21,585 nucleotides of DNA from Candidatus Hydrogenedentota bacterium (GTDB lineage Bacteria > Hydrogenedentota > Hydrogenedentia > Hydrogenedentales > SLHB01), in the NCBI GenBank assembly GCA_034408725.1, contig JAWXCN010000202.1, positions 1-21,585 of the forward strand. Direction: 5' to 3'. A model generated the notes under the pieces. That model worked only from the letters and a program-made list of their open reading frames with translations, made no database searches and had not been told where the DNA came from. A program made the translations under genes and the position numbers. The first letter of the stretch is position 1. Each line of letters starts with the position of its first letter. Shown piece after piece: positions 1-8,315 of this stretch.

Positions 1-568
1 CATCTTCTCCGGGCGCCGTCGAGAAATGCACGGGCCTGCCGATGACTGCTTTCTCCACCGGTCTTCCGGCTTCGACATCGACAGCGTCTTTGATGCGCTG
101 GAGGATCATCGCGGTCAGCTCTTCGATCTGAAAGAGGGTGCCGAAAACTTCCGTACCCTTAAATTCGCGGTAGCGCAAACTGCTCTTGATCGATTGGAAT
201 AGCCGGCCCGGCGAGTTCACCTCCACGGTGGCGTGCGCGCGCACCGCCTCGCGTTTTTGGTCGCGGTCGTCGCGCGGGCGATAGCCCTCGGACTTGTCCG
301 GCTCGGAGGCCACATAGCCTTCAATTTCGATGCCCAGGTCCACCTGCTTCAGAATCACTTCCCGGTCCACGTTGCGGTCTATAAACGCATTCGCGGCGGC
401 CCGTCCCACGAGAGTTTCACCTTCGCGCGACATATACAGGAGTGAAGGGAGCGAGCGCGGGCTGTCGTTCTCCGCATCCAGGTCGAGCACGCGCACCCGG
501 GAATGGTCCGCCACGGCCACACTCGAGTTGGTGGTCCCGAAGTCGATGCCGCAGTAAAGCTCAGGCAT
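1..568 (-). CDS. Hsp70-family protein (YegD-like), running off the left edge of the window
   Basis: Manual translation from ATG at 568: MPELYCGIDFGTTNSSVAV... (Hsp70 phosphate-1 motif GIDFGTTNS), later LFQSIKSSL and AVIGRPVHF, typical of YegD-like Hsp70s. Absent from the ORF track because it has no stop in the window. Confidence 0.85.
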   Translation of the reverse strand, partial: MPELYCGIDFGTTNSSVAVADHSRVRVLDLDAENDSPRSLPSLLYMSREGETLVGRAAANAFIDRNVDREVILKQVDLGIEIEGYVASEPDKSEGYRPRDDRDQKREAVRAHATVEVNSPGRLFQSIKSSLRYREFKGTEVFGTLFQIEELTAMILQRIKDAVDVEAGRPVEKAVIGRPVHFSTAPGED

Positions 569-602
569 TACAGTTACTTTCCGAATCCGCGTAATTGAAG
601 GA

Positions 603-633
603 CGCTGCCCGGTCTAGCGGAGACCGGGCAGCG
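603..633 (-). terminator. Strong GC-rich hairpin upstream of the Hsp70 gene (possible terminator or attenuator)
   Basis: Perfect 13-bp stem CGCTGCCCGGTCT / AGACCGGGCAGCG with a 5-nt loop. Only a weak U-tract follows on the minus strand. Confidence 0.45.
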
Positions 634-875
634 CCTTGAGCACACATGGTTCAAGCCACGCGGTTTGGGTGCGTGGCTTTGATGGCACGAGTTTATCACA
701 AAAGCTGGCGAGTAGCGAGTGGGGAGCGGGGGAAGACAGTGAGACAGGAAGGCAGGAAGGTATGAGGTCCAGCAGGGGATATGGGCTTGGATATGGAAAC
801 AGGGGTCGGTGGATCGCCTGATAGCACCCTTACGTGGGGCTAACAATTGACGGAAGGCAGTCACATAACGGGTAA

Positions 876-905
876 ATTATAGTGGAAAGCCGTAGTTATC
901 TCGAA
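876..905 (-). promoter_or_regulatory. Putative sigma70 promoter divergent from nrdA
   Basis: Perfect TATAAT on the minus strand at 881..876; weak -35 (TCGAGA/TTCGAG) 17-18 bp upstream. Confidence 0.45.
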
Positions 906-914
906 AACCTCGTA

Positions 915-961
915 CCGCAAAGTTTTGTATTGACAGCAACCGCTACCACAGTATATTGTGT
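915..961 (+). promoter_or_regulatory. nrdA sigma70 promoter overlapped by tandem NrdR boxes
   Basis: TTGACA at 930-935 and TATATT at 952-957 (16-bp spacer). NrdR-box match CCACAGTATATTGTGT at 946-961 (consensus acaCwAtATaTwGtgt) and a degenerate box CCGCAAAGTTTTGTAT at 915-930, 31 bp upstream, the usual tandem spacing. Confidence 0.8.
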
Positions 962-1206
962 ACTTCACGCCGCAGAGGCCAGAAAACTGGTTGAAGCAAC
1001 GCAGGATCGCAGGGGCAGCCTGGTCTGAGGGAGCGGGCCCGGGCAAGCAGTGTTATCCTGGTTTTCACGTTCAGTTGAACGAACCGTGTGCGCCAGCCTT
1101 GTCTCTTTGGATAAGGAGGGCAGCGCCACATTTGCAACAAGGGGAATCGGCGTTAACACGAACTGGGTGGCGGCTTTAGCGGAAAAGCGAGCGAAGCGGA
1201 AGGAGG

Positions 1207-4053
1207 GTGTTGGGAGTGATTGAGGCGAAGCCAGCCCAGATTGTGACCAAGCGGGACGGACGCACTGCGTCGTTTGATGGGGAACGGATTCTTCGAGCAA
1301 TAGAAAAGGCCTTCAAGGCCGACCTCGCGCTTGGCCCCGACGGCCCGCTGGATGAAGTGACCATCGTTCGGGCGCGCGAGATATCCGACGCCGTAGTAGA
1401 TGAAGTGATGAATCGTGGCGCGGGCGGCGAACAGCTCGAAGTGGAATCCATTCAGGATGCCGTCGAACGGCACCTGATGAAGGCGGGGTACTACACCGTC
1501 GCGCGGCGCTACATCGTCTACCGTGAAGACCGTAAAAAAGCGCGCGCATTGCGCGGCGACACCACGCTCGGCGGTTTGCCGCAGGCCGAACTCCACGTGA
1601 CCTCGGCAGACGGGTCCCGTGAACGTCTCCAACCCAATCGCATTCGCCGTAAACTGATCGAGGCCGCCCAGGGCTATGAAGAACTGGTCGCCGTCGAACA
1701 GATGAACGACGAAGTGATCCAGACGCTGTACGACGGAATCTCCCCGCATGAGATCGCCAAGGCATGCATCTTTGCGGCAAAAGCGCGCGTCGAACGCGAC
1801 CCTGCCTATACCTATGTCGCGGCGCGGCTGCTGTTGAACGTAATCCATTCCGAAGTGTTGCCCGGCGGCGTCGAAGTTGGTTCGGTGGACGCGGTCCACC
1901 GTTCGCATTTCAAGCATTACCTCGCCGAGGGCGTGGCGATTGAACGGCTCAGCCCCGCACTGCTCGATTATGATTTGGAGCGGATCGCGGACGCGCTGGA
2001 CCTTGAACGCGATTTGCAGTTTACCTATATGGGATTGCAGACGCTTTACGACCGCTACCTGATTCATAACCGCGGCCGGCGGATCGAGTCGCCGCAGTAT
2101 TTCTGGATGCGCGTTGCGATGGGCCTCGCGATCAACGAGGGCGCGCAAAAAGAAGAGCGGGCGATAGCGTTCTACGAAGTGCTCTCGCGGTTCCTGTTCA
2201 CATCAAGCACGCCGACGCTGTTTAACGCGGGCACGCTGCATCCGCAGTTGAGTTCGTGCTATCTCTCGACGATTGAAGACGATCTCGAGCATATATTTAA
2301 GGTGATTTCCGACGACGCACGCTTGTCAAAGTGGGCCGGTGGTTTAGGGAACGATTGGACCAATGTTCGCGCGACTGGGGGCTACATCAAGGGAACGAAT
2401 GGACAAAGTCAGGGGGTCATTCCTTTCCTGAAAGTCGCGAATGATACGGCGGTCGCTGTGAACCAGGGGGGCAAACGCAAAGGCGCGATGTGCGCGTACA
2501 TCGAGACGTGGCACATGGACATCGAGGACTTCCTCGAATTGCGCAAGAACACGGGGGATGAACGGCGCCGCACGCACGACATGCATACGGCGAACTGGAT
2601 TCCCGACTTGTTCATGAAGCGTGTGTCGTCGGAAAGTCATTGGACCTTGTTCAACCCGCATGAGACGCCAGATTTGCATCATCTCTACGGCACGGCGTTC
2701 GAGAAACGCTACACCGAATACGAGGCGATGGCCGAGCGCGGCGAAATCAGGCAGCACAAGCGGATTGAAGCCGTTGTGTTGTGGCGGAAGATGTTGTCGA
2801 TGCTGTTCGAAACGGGCCACCCGTGGATCACGTTCAAGGACCCATCGAACATCCGTTCGCCGCAGGACCATGCGGGCGTGGTGCATTGCTCGAATCTGTG
2901 TACCGAGATTCTCCTGAACACCTCGAAGGACGAGACGGCGGTGTGCAACCTGGGTTCGATAAATCTCGGCGTTCACACGACGGCGGACGGACTCGACGAA
3001 GAACTGCTCGCGGGCACGGTTCGGACCGCGGTGCGGATGCTCGACAACGTGATCGACATCAATTACTACCCGACACCGGAAGCGGGCAACGCGAATCTCA
3101 AACACCGGCCTGTCGGCCTTGGCATCATGGGTTTTCAGGATGCGCTGTACAATCAGAACATCAGCTACGCGAGCCAGGCCGCAGTGGATTTCGCGGACCG
3201 CAGCATGGAGATGATTTCGTACTACGCGATCCTCGCGTCCACGGAGCTGGCCGCCGAGCGCGGGCAGTATCCGACCTATGAAGGATCGAAATGGAGCCGG
3301 GGTCTGTTGCCGATTGACACGGTGTCCCTGTTGAAGGACGAACGCGGTGGCGATTGCGATATGGATACGTCCGCGACGATGGACTGGTCTGTCGTGCGCG
3401 CGTCGCTCAAGAAAAACGGCATGCGCAACAGCAACACCATGGCGATCGCGCCGACGGCGACGATCTCGAACATAACGGGCGTAACGCAATCCATCGAACC
3501 GATGTACAAACACCTGTTCGCGAAATCGAACCTCAGCGGCGAATTCACCTGGGTGAATACCTATCTCGTCACCGATCTCAAAGCCCTCGGGTTGTGGGAC
3601 ACAGAGATGGTGGAAGACCTGAAATATTTTGACGGATGCCTGATGGAGATCGAGCGTATTCCAGAACACATAAAGCTAAAATATGTCACGGCGTTCGAGA
3701 TGGATTCGGAATGGCTCGTGGAATGCGCGAGCCGCCGGCAGAAGTGGATCGACATGGGCCAGTCGCTCAACCTCTATCTCGCGACGCCGAGCGGGAAGAA
3801 GCTCAACGACATGTATATGTTTGCATGGCGGAAAGGCCTCAAGACGACGTATTACCTGCGCAGCCTCGGCGCAACCCAAGTCGAGAAGTCTACGCTGGAT
3901 ATCAACAAGCGTGGCATCCAACCGCGCTGGATGAAGAACAAATCCGCGTCATCGAATATCACGGTGCAACGCGACGATAAAGACGCTGCCGAACCGGCGG
4001 TGTTTCCTAAAGCGTGTAGCATTACCGATCCGGATTGTGAGGCATGTCAGTAA
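1207..4053 (+). CDS. nrdA: Ribonucleoside-diphosphate reductase class I alpha subunit with two N-terminal ATP cones
   Basis: 948 aa. ATP-cone starts VTKRDG and [16 protein letters not shown]; active site [17 protein letters not shown]-terminal CEAC redox pair. RBS AGGAGG at 1201-1206; the true start may be 1210 or 1216. Confidence 0.97.
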   Translation: MLGVIEAKPAQIVTKRDGRTASFDGERILRAIEKAFKADLALGPDGPLDEVTIVRAREISDAVVDEVMNRGAGGEQLEVESIQDAVERHLMKAGYYTVARRYIVYREDRKKARALRGDTTLGGLPQAELHVTSADGSRERLQPNRIRRKLIEAAQGYEELVAVEQMNDEVIQTLYDGISPHEIAKACIFAAKARVERDPAYTYVAARLLLNVIHSEVLPGGVEVGSVDAVHRSHFKHYLAEGVAIERLSPALLDYDLERIADALDLERDLQFTYMGLQTLYDRYLIHNRGRRIESPQYFWMRVAMGLAINEGAQKEERAIAFYEVLSRFLFTSSTPTLFNAGTLHPQLSSCYLSTIEDDLEHIFKVISDDARLSKWAGGLGNDWTNVRATGGYIKGTNGQSQGVIPFLKVANDTAVAVNQGGKRKGAMCAYIETWHMDIEDFLELRKNTGDERRRTHDMHTANWIPDLFMKRVSSESHWTLFNPHETPDLHHLYGTAFEKRYTEYEAMAERGEIRQHKRIEAVVLWRKMLSMLFETGHPWITFKDPSNIRSPQDHAGVVHCSNLCTEILLNTSKDETAVCNLGSINLGVHTTADGLDEELLAGTVRTAVRMLDNVIDINYYPTPEAGNANLKHRPVGLGIMGFQDALYNQNISYASQAAVDFADRSMEMISYYAILASTELAAERGQYPTYEGSKWSRGLLPIDTVSLLKDERGGDCDMDTSATMDWSVVRASLKKNGMRNSNTMAIAPTATISNITGVTQSIEPMYKHLFAKSNLSGEFTWVNTYLVTDLKALGLWDTEMVEDLKYFDGCLMEIERIPEHIKLKYVTAFEMDSEWLVECASRRQKWIDMGQSLNLYLATPSGKKLNDMYMFAWRKGLKTTYYLRSLGATQVEKSTLDINKRGIQPRWMKNKSASSNITVQRDDKDAAEPAVFPKACSITDPDCEACQ

Positions 4054-4236
4054 GGCAATAGCGGTGTTAACGTTAGCATCAGCACGCAAGAATGTCGACC
4101 GATTCCAACGCCGAGACGAGTGCCCGCCGACTCATCGGGGTTATTGTTGTTTTGGCGATAGAAGCGCAGAATGAAGCCATGTCCCGTTTCGATTTCCGAA
4201 CGCCGTCCATAAGCTGGTCTGGCAAAGGACACCGGC

Positions 4237-4629
4237 ATGAAAAAGGTATTGCAGGCTTTGTGCGTTGCAGCACTCGTTTCTCTTCTCGCTTCATGCCCGC
4301 CGGCGGCCCTCCGGCTGAAAGTACATGTGGAGAATAATTCGGCTATTGAAGTAATAGAACGTGTCGTGCTTGGGAATCTCAATGGCCCCCAGATGTTTGA
4401 GGAAATCACAGAAAATCTGCTATCGGAACCTCTTGGGCCAGGCGACCAGAAAAACATTTTTCTTAGAGCCTCCGACGCGGCCGGCGCCAAGGGGATAACG
4501 GTACAATTGCCCGGCGGAAGTGTTTTCTCATCGAATCTGGTGGAAGAGTTTATGGACGGAATGACTGTCAACGCCGTGCTTGCGGACGGCGTGTCATTTC
4601 TCACGATCGATTTCACGGTGGAACCATGA
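4237..4629 (+). CDS. Small lipoprotein, array member L1
   Basis: Signal MKKVLQALCVAALVSLLAS-CP; family motifs VHVENNS, NLLSEPLGPGD, FMDGMTV; RBS AAAGGA. Confidence 0.8.
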   Translation: MKKVLQALCVAALVSLLASCPPAALRLKVHVENNSAIEVIERVVLGNLNGPQMFEEITENLLSEPLGPGDQKNIFLRASDAAGAKGITVQLPGGSVFSSNLVEEFMDGMTVNAVLADGVSFLTIDFTVEP

Positions 4630-5102
4630 GTGCATTTTCCCGCAGGCGCCAACAGCTGGTCAAAATGAAAATTTCGATGCGATTTCGGCGCTTCGGTTTT
4701 CGACAGCAGGGTTTCCTGCGACGCGCGCTATTGTGCGGAATTATGGCCGGTTGTCTGTCTTCGTGTCCTCCTGCAAGAGACGTCGTTACGCTCAATCTTA
4801 TGAATGATTCCGAGCATTGGATCATTGCGGAACTTGTCCTTCGAGACGAGGACACTGACGACGTAGGCGGTAACCTGCTGGCTTCGGACGTGCAGCCGGG
4901 TGGCAGGCGCACGTTTCGTTTATCGGAATCCGAAGTCGCTGGAGTTTTCGGTGTAGGCGTCGAAGTCTCGTATACGGTGAACAATTTTTCGCAAGGAATG
5001 GGTACCGGGCTCATGGAAGAATTTCAAATCGGAGAGCAGTACGACATCGTAGTTTTTGAGGGCGATGGCAATGTTCCGGGCCTCACGCTTGAAAAGCAGT
5101 AA
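4626..5102 (+). CDS. Small lipoprotein, array member L2
   Basis: Lipobox LSS-CP; motifs VTLNLMNDS, NLLASDVQPGG, FQIGEQY. Start uncertain: 4626 (ATGA overlap with L1) or 4665. Confidence 0.75.
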   Translation: MSAFSRRRQQLVKMKISMRFRRFGFRQQGFLRRALLCGIMAGCLSSCPPARDVVTLNLMNDSEHWIIAELVLRDEDTDDVGGNLLASDVQPGGRRTFRLSESEVAGVFGVGVEVSYTVNNFSQGMGTGLMEEFQIGEQYDIVVFEGDGNVPGLTLEKQ

Positions 5103-5136
5103 TGAAGGGAATTCAAAGTTGCAGGGAGGTTCAGAG

Positions 5137-5529
5137 ATGAAAACGCACCTGCGGGCTTTCATTCTGTTGTGCGCGTTCGCGATTGCGGGATCGCTTACCG
5201 GCTGTCCGCGCAACGTGTTTACGGTCCGCATCATCAACGACGCGGACACGGCGCGGGTCATTTCGCTATTGCTGGACGACACGGGAACGATGGGTTCCGA
5301 TTCGGTGGACCTGCTCGATCAGGTCATCGATCCAGGAGAGTCGGGAAGAATTGTCATAGACATTGCCGATGCGGAAGCGGTGAATGCGAACGCGGTCATC
5401 GTTGGATGCATTGAAGGCAGCGGCATTTCTGAAATCATTGATGGGACGGTGCCGGTCGCGTTTGCCGCGGGCGGCGAGATTACCGTGACGGTAACCGGCA
5501 CGGGAGAAATGTTGGTGTTTGATTTTTAA
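5137..5529 (+). CDS. Small lipoprotein, array member L3
   Basis: RBS GGAGGT then ATG at 5137; MKTHLRAFILLCAFAIAGSLTG-CP; FTVRIIND, DLLDQVIDPGE, FAAGGEITVTV. Confidence 0.8.
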   Translation: MKTHLRAFILLCAFAIAGSLTGCPRNVFTVRIINDADTARVISLLLDDTGTMGSDSVDLLDQVIDPGESGRIVIDIADAEAVNANAVIVGCIEGSGISEIIDGTVPVAFAAGGEITVTVTGTGEMLVFDF

Positions 5530-5607
5530 CGCCGCGCACAGGGCTAGCTGTGCGGGCGAGGAGGCAACGTTGCATGAGCAGTTGCCGCGAGTAAAGGAGG
5601 CCAGAGG

Positions 5608-6066
5608 ATGAAGCGCATTGGAAAAATCATCGCGACTTGCGCGCTCGTCGCAGTTTCCGTTACGCAGATGGGGTGCCCGAACGTAATCGAGCGCTTCACG
5701 ATTCGCGTGGTCAACAACAGCAGTGACATCTACGTCGTGTCCGTTTTTCTCGCGCAGCTTCAGGGGCAGAACATTACGGTTGTGTCGGACAACCTCCTCA
5801 ACGATGACGTAGATCCCGCCAATGAAGACGAGTTTAGTGTTCTGTTGTCGCTGGCTGATAGCGAAAACGCGAACGCCATCGGATTCAACCTCGAAGACCT
5901 GAATGGTAATTCGCTGGGCAGTAACGCCGTGTTGTCGGAGGGGTTTGTCGACGGCGTAACGTTTACGCTCACCATCGAAGGGAGCCACGAAACCCAATTC
6001 GATTTTTCGCTCGATCGGGAACTGGACAAAGCATTCGATGACTTTGATGCAGCGGACGAAGAATGA
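5608..6066 (+). CDS. Small lipoprotein, array member L4
   Basis: RBS AAGGAGG; signal ending QMG-CP; FTIRVVNNS, NLLNDDVDPAN, FVDGVTFTLTI; acidic tail. Confidence 0.8.
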   Translation: MKRIGKIIATCALVAVSVTQMGCPNVIERFTIRVVNNSSDIYVVSVFLAQLQGQNITVVSDNLLNDDVDPANEDEFSVLLSLADSENANAIGFNLEDLNGNSLGSNAVLSEGFVDGVTFTLTIEGSHETQFDFSLDRELDKAFDDFDAADEE

Positions 6067-6473
6067 AGATTCTCAGAAAGACTGTTTTTGCGATCATTAT
6101 GACGATGCCGGTCTTTTTGACCGGTTGCCCTTTGCTGGTCAGTTTTACGATTCGCATTGACAACAACGGCGAAAACATCGCGGTAACGGTGGTCCGGCTT
6201 GTGAATCTCGAATCACGGGACAATGTCACTGACAACCTGTTGCCGGTCGAGGTGTCGCCGGGTTCCACGCGCCGCGTGTTGGTGATGATGGATGATGCCG
6301 GCGACGCGGACGCGGTGAAGGTGCGGGTCGAGAGCGTGAACCCGCAACAGCCACTGAGTTTTTCGACTACGCGGGAAGTGGACGGCGGACTTGCCGCGGG
6401 AAAAACCATCGTTGTAACGGTGGAAGGCAGCCCGACGCAGAGCGTCAGCGTTGATGTCGAGGCAATCGAGTAG
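6063..6473 (+). CDS. Small lipoprotein, array member L5
   Basis: ATGA overlap with L4; lipobox LTG-CP; FTIRIDNN, NLLPVEVSPGS, LAAGKTIVVTV. Confidence 0.8.
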   Translation: MKILRKTVFAIIMTMPVFLTGCPLLVSFTIRIDNNGENIAVTVVRLVNLESRDNVTDNLLPVEVSPGSTRRVLVMMDDAGDADAVKVRVESVNPQQPLSFSTTREVDGGLAAGKTIVVTVEGSPTQSVSVDVEAIE

Positions 6474-6523
6474 GGGTAATTCGCGGGGAGCCGCAACCGG
6501 TCTTAGAATTACGGCCTGTATAG

Positions 6524-6686
6524 GTTGAAGCAAAGGGGCTTCGCGTGTCCGTAGAAACGAGGTTAGGGGGTTACGCGCGTGGTGGATGGCGGATTCGCCG
6601 TGGGCAAGACGGTTTTTGTGACGGTGGAAGGCAGTCCTACGCAGAGTGTGAGCGTTGAAGTCGAGGCGGAGGGAGACGAGGAATGA
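6524..6686 (+). pseudogene. Orphan 3' remnant of an L5-like lipoprotein gene
   Basis: 6573-6686 reads TRVVDGGFAVGKTVFVTVEGSPTQSVSVEVEAEGDEE*, 26/32 identical to the L5 C-terminus (6369-6464). In-frame stop at 6564, no signal peptide. A frameshifted upstream piece VEAKGLRVSVET resembles the family motif AKGITV/GNGLRV. Confidence 0.8.
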
Positions 6687-7105
6687 AGTTTTCATTAGAG
6701 CATCGTCGGCACCGGATCTTTGGGGCGTTGCTGGTCGTGCCGATTCTGGTGCTGTTCTCAGGGTGTCCGTTATCGCAGTCATTCACGATTATCGTAAGCA
6801 ACGAGACCGATCTCGTTGACATCACGCGGGTTTATCTTGTCAGCGAGGATTTGGAGGATCAGATCACGCAAAGCATCGTTTTCTTCCCGGTGACGTCCGG
6901 CGAAAGCCGGCGGATCGTTGTGTACTTCTCCAATGCCGGCGAAGCGGGCGGCATTGGGGTGGAATACCGAGAGAATGAGAACGGAGAAGAAGGGATTGCG
7001 ACCGCCGCTATCGACAGCGGATTTGATCCCGGGGACGAATTTGAGGTGACCGCCGAGGAAGTCAAGGAAGGAATTTTCGATTTCGTGATTCGGGAGATCG
7101 AATGA
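6683..7105 (+). CDS. Small lipoprotein, array member L6
   Basis: Lipobox FSG-CP; SFTIIVSNE, PVTSGESRRIV, FDPGDEFEVT; ATGA overlap with the remnant. Confidence 0.8.
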   Translation: MKFSLEHRRHRIFGALLVVPILVLFSGCPLSQSFTIIVSNETDLVDITRVYLVSEDLEDQITQSIVFFPVTSGESRRIVVYFSNAGEAGGIGVEYRENENGEEGIATAAIDSGFDPGDEFEVTAEEVKEGIFDFVIREIE

Positions 7106-7169
7106 TTCGGATAGGAGAACGCCGGTTCGCGACTTTTGCGTGACGTCGCGTCCGGCACTGTAGTTTCCA

Positions 7170-7235
7170 ATGTAATTGCAGCATTGCTCAGCCACGGGGA
7201 TGGCCATTCGTTGGATCGACGACAACAAACTCTAA
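7170..7235 (+). repeat. Decayed copy of the nrdB 5' end
   Basis: Exact 14-mer GCCACGGGGATGGC at 7191-7204, shared with 7803-7816 and 8334-8347. Reads M*LQHCSATGMAIRWIDDNKL* versus Nrd[21 protein letters not shown]. Confidence 0.65.
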
Positions 7236-7245
7236 AGGAGCCGAC

Positions 7246-7638
7246 ATGAAACTGCACGCATCAAAGCTGTGCATCGCACTGCTTGTATGCACGTTCTGCG
7301 CTTGCCCTCCGCGCGAATCATTCACGATTGTAGTCACGAATGAGTACACGTTACCAATAACAAGTTTGACTATTGGGACGGCAGGACCCGGTGGTATAAA
7401 CACAAGCTTCAATTTGCTCTCCGCCCCCCTGGCACCCGGCGAAACTGAGTCCGTTACGCTTAATGTGTCCGACGCGGGAAATGGCAACGGACTGCGTGTG
7501 ACGTATGGGCAGGGTGCGATGTTTAGTTTTGCACTGGGCCAACCGTTTGAACCGGGAATGACCATTTATCTGACAGTGATCTATGGTGGAAACTTCATGG
7601 GCGTCACGTATGCCGACTACGAAGTTGAAGTGGAGTAG
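7246..7638 (+). CDS. Small lipoprotein, array member L7
   Basis: RBS AAGGAG; MKLHASKLCIALLVCTFCA-CP; SFTIVVTNE, NLLSAPLAPGE, FEPGMTIYLTV. Confidence 0.8.
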   Translation: MKLHASKLCIALLVCTFCACPPRESFTIVVTNEYTLPITSLTIGTAGPGGINTSFNLLSAPLAPGETESVTLNVSDAGNGNGLRVTYGQGAMFSFALGQPFEPGMTIYLTVIYGGNFMGVTYADYEVEVE

Positions 7639-7770
7639 CGCTGTGCCTGGCAAACATCCAACGTATGAGAATCGAAGGTGTAGGTGAAAACGCCAATAAG
7701 ACAGTCAAAACGGACGAAAGCGCTTAATGCGCCGCGGTATATTGCACGAAGCATCAACGTTCCATAGTGC

Positions 7771-7847
7771 GAAGGAGAAGGACGATGTCAGCATGTTGCG
7801 CGGCCACGGGGATGGCATTACAGCCCTATGATCAAAAAAAACGAATG
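7771..7847 (+). repeat. Copy of the nrdB RBS and first ~21 codons
   Basis: GAAGGAGAAGGACGATGTCAGC... versus GAAGGGGAATCAGACGATGTCAGC... at 8300; peptide 16/21 identical to the NrdB N-terminus. Confidence 0.9.
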
Positions 7848-8231
7848 CTGCATTGCAGCATTGCCCTGTTGGCATGCATGATGTTGTCGTGCCCGGCGCC
7901 GCGCCGTTCGGTAACCATTAAAATTCAGAACGATTCAGTTGGGGTTACAATTACAGCGCTTTATATAATCATATTTGGCGGGCTCACTGAGCTGAGCCAG
8001 CACGTCACCGACGACCTGCTTTCCGCCGCTGTCGGGCCCGGCGAAGCTGACGAGGTCGTGGTTGCGCTGTCTCGCGTCGGCGATGGAGACGGCTTCGGGG
8101 TAGGTTTGGGCGGGGTACAAGCGTCCGAACAATTCGTACCTTTGAACAAACTCTTTGAAGGGGGCCAGATATTTAATTTAACGATTACCGGAGATGTGAA
8201 CAGCTATTCCATCGAGGTTGTCGAGGAATAA
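7785..8231 (+). CDS. Small lipoprotein, array member L8, fused in frame to the nrdB 5' copy
   Basis: MSACCAATGMALQPYDQKKR-MLHCSIALLACMMLS-CP; SVTIKIQNDS, DDLLSAAVGPGE, FEGGQIFNLTI. Alternative start at 7845. Confidence 0.75.
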   Translation: MSACCAATGMALQPYDQKKRMLHCSIALLACMMLSCPAPRRSVTIKIQNDSVGVTITALYIIIFGGLTELSQHVTDDLLSAAVGPGEADEVVVALSRVGDGDGFGVGLGGVQASEQFVPLNKLFEGGQIFNLTITGDVNSYSIEVVEE

Positions 8232-8315
8232 ATTCGCGTTTAAGGCCTGGCGTGATCAGGCCGATATAAGTTATGTGATTGATAGCGGGAATTGACGGGG
8301 AAGGGGAATCAGACG

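Noticed and set aside
962-1206. Cobalamin riboswitch upstream of nrdA
   Set aside because: No recognisable B12-box or GCCACTG/GGGAAG consensus elements in the expected order.
2344-3669. Long antisense ORFs (this one, and 1153-2148, 8529-9500, 11622-12620, 14487-15311, 16849-17667)
   Set aside because: Shadow frames opposite well-supported genes in GC-rich DNA, with no recognisable motifs.
4054-8300. Classical integron cassette array
   Set aside because: No integrase in the window, no consistent RYYYAAC...GTTRRRY pairs, and several genes overlap by ATGA, leaving no room for attC sites.
4054-8300. Homing endonuclease, intron or intein associated with the nrd genes
   Set aside because: No HNH, GIY-YIG, LAGLIDADG or reverse-transcriptase motifs; nrdA and nrdB are uninterrupted and of normal length.
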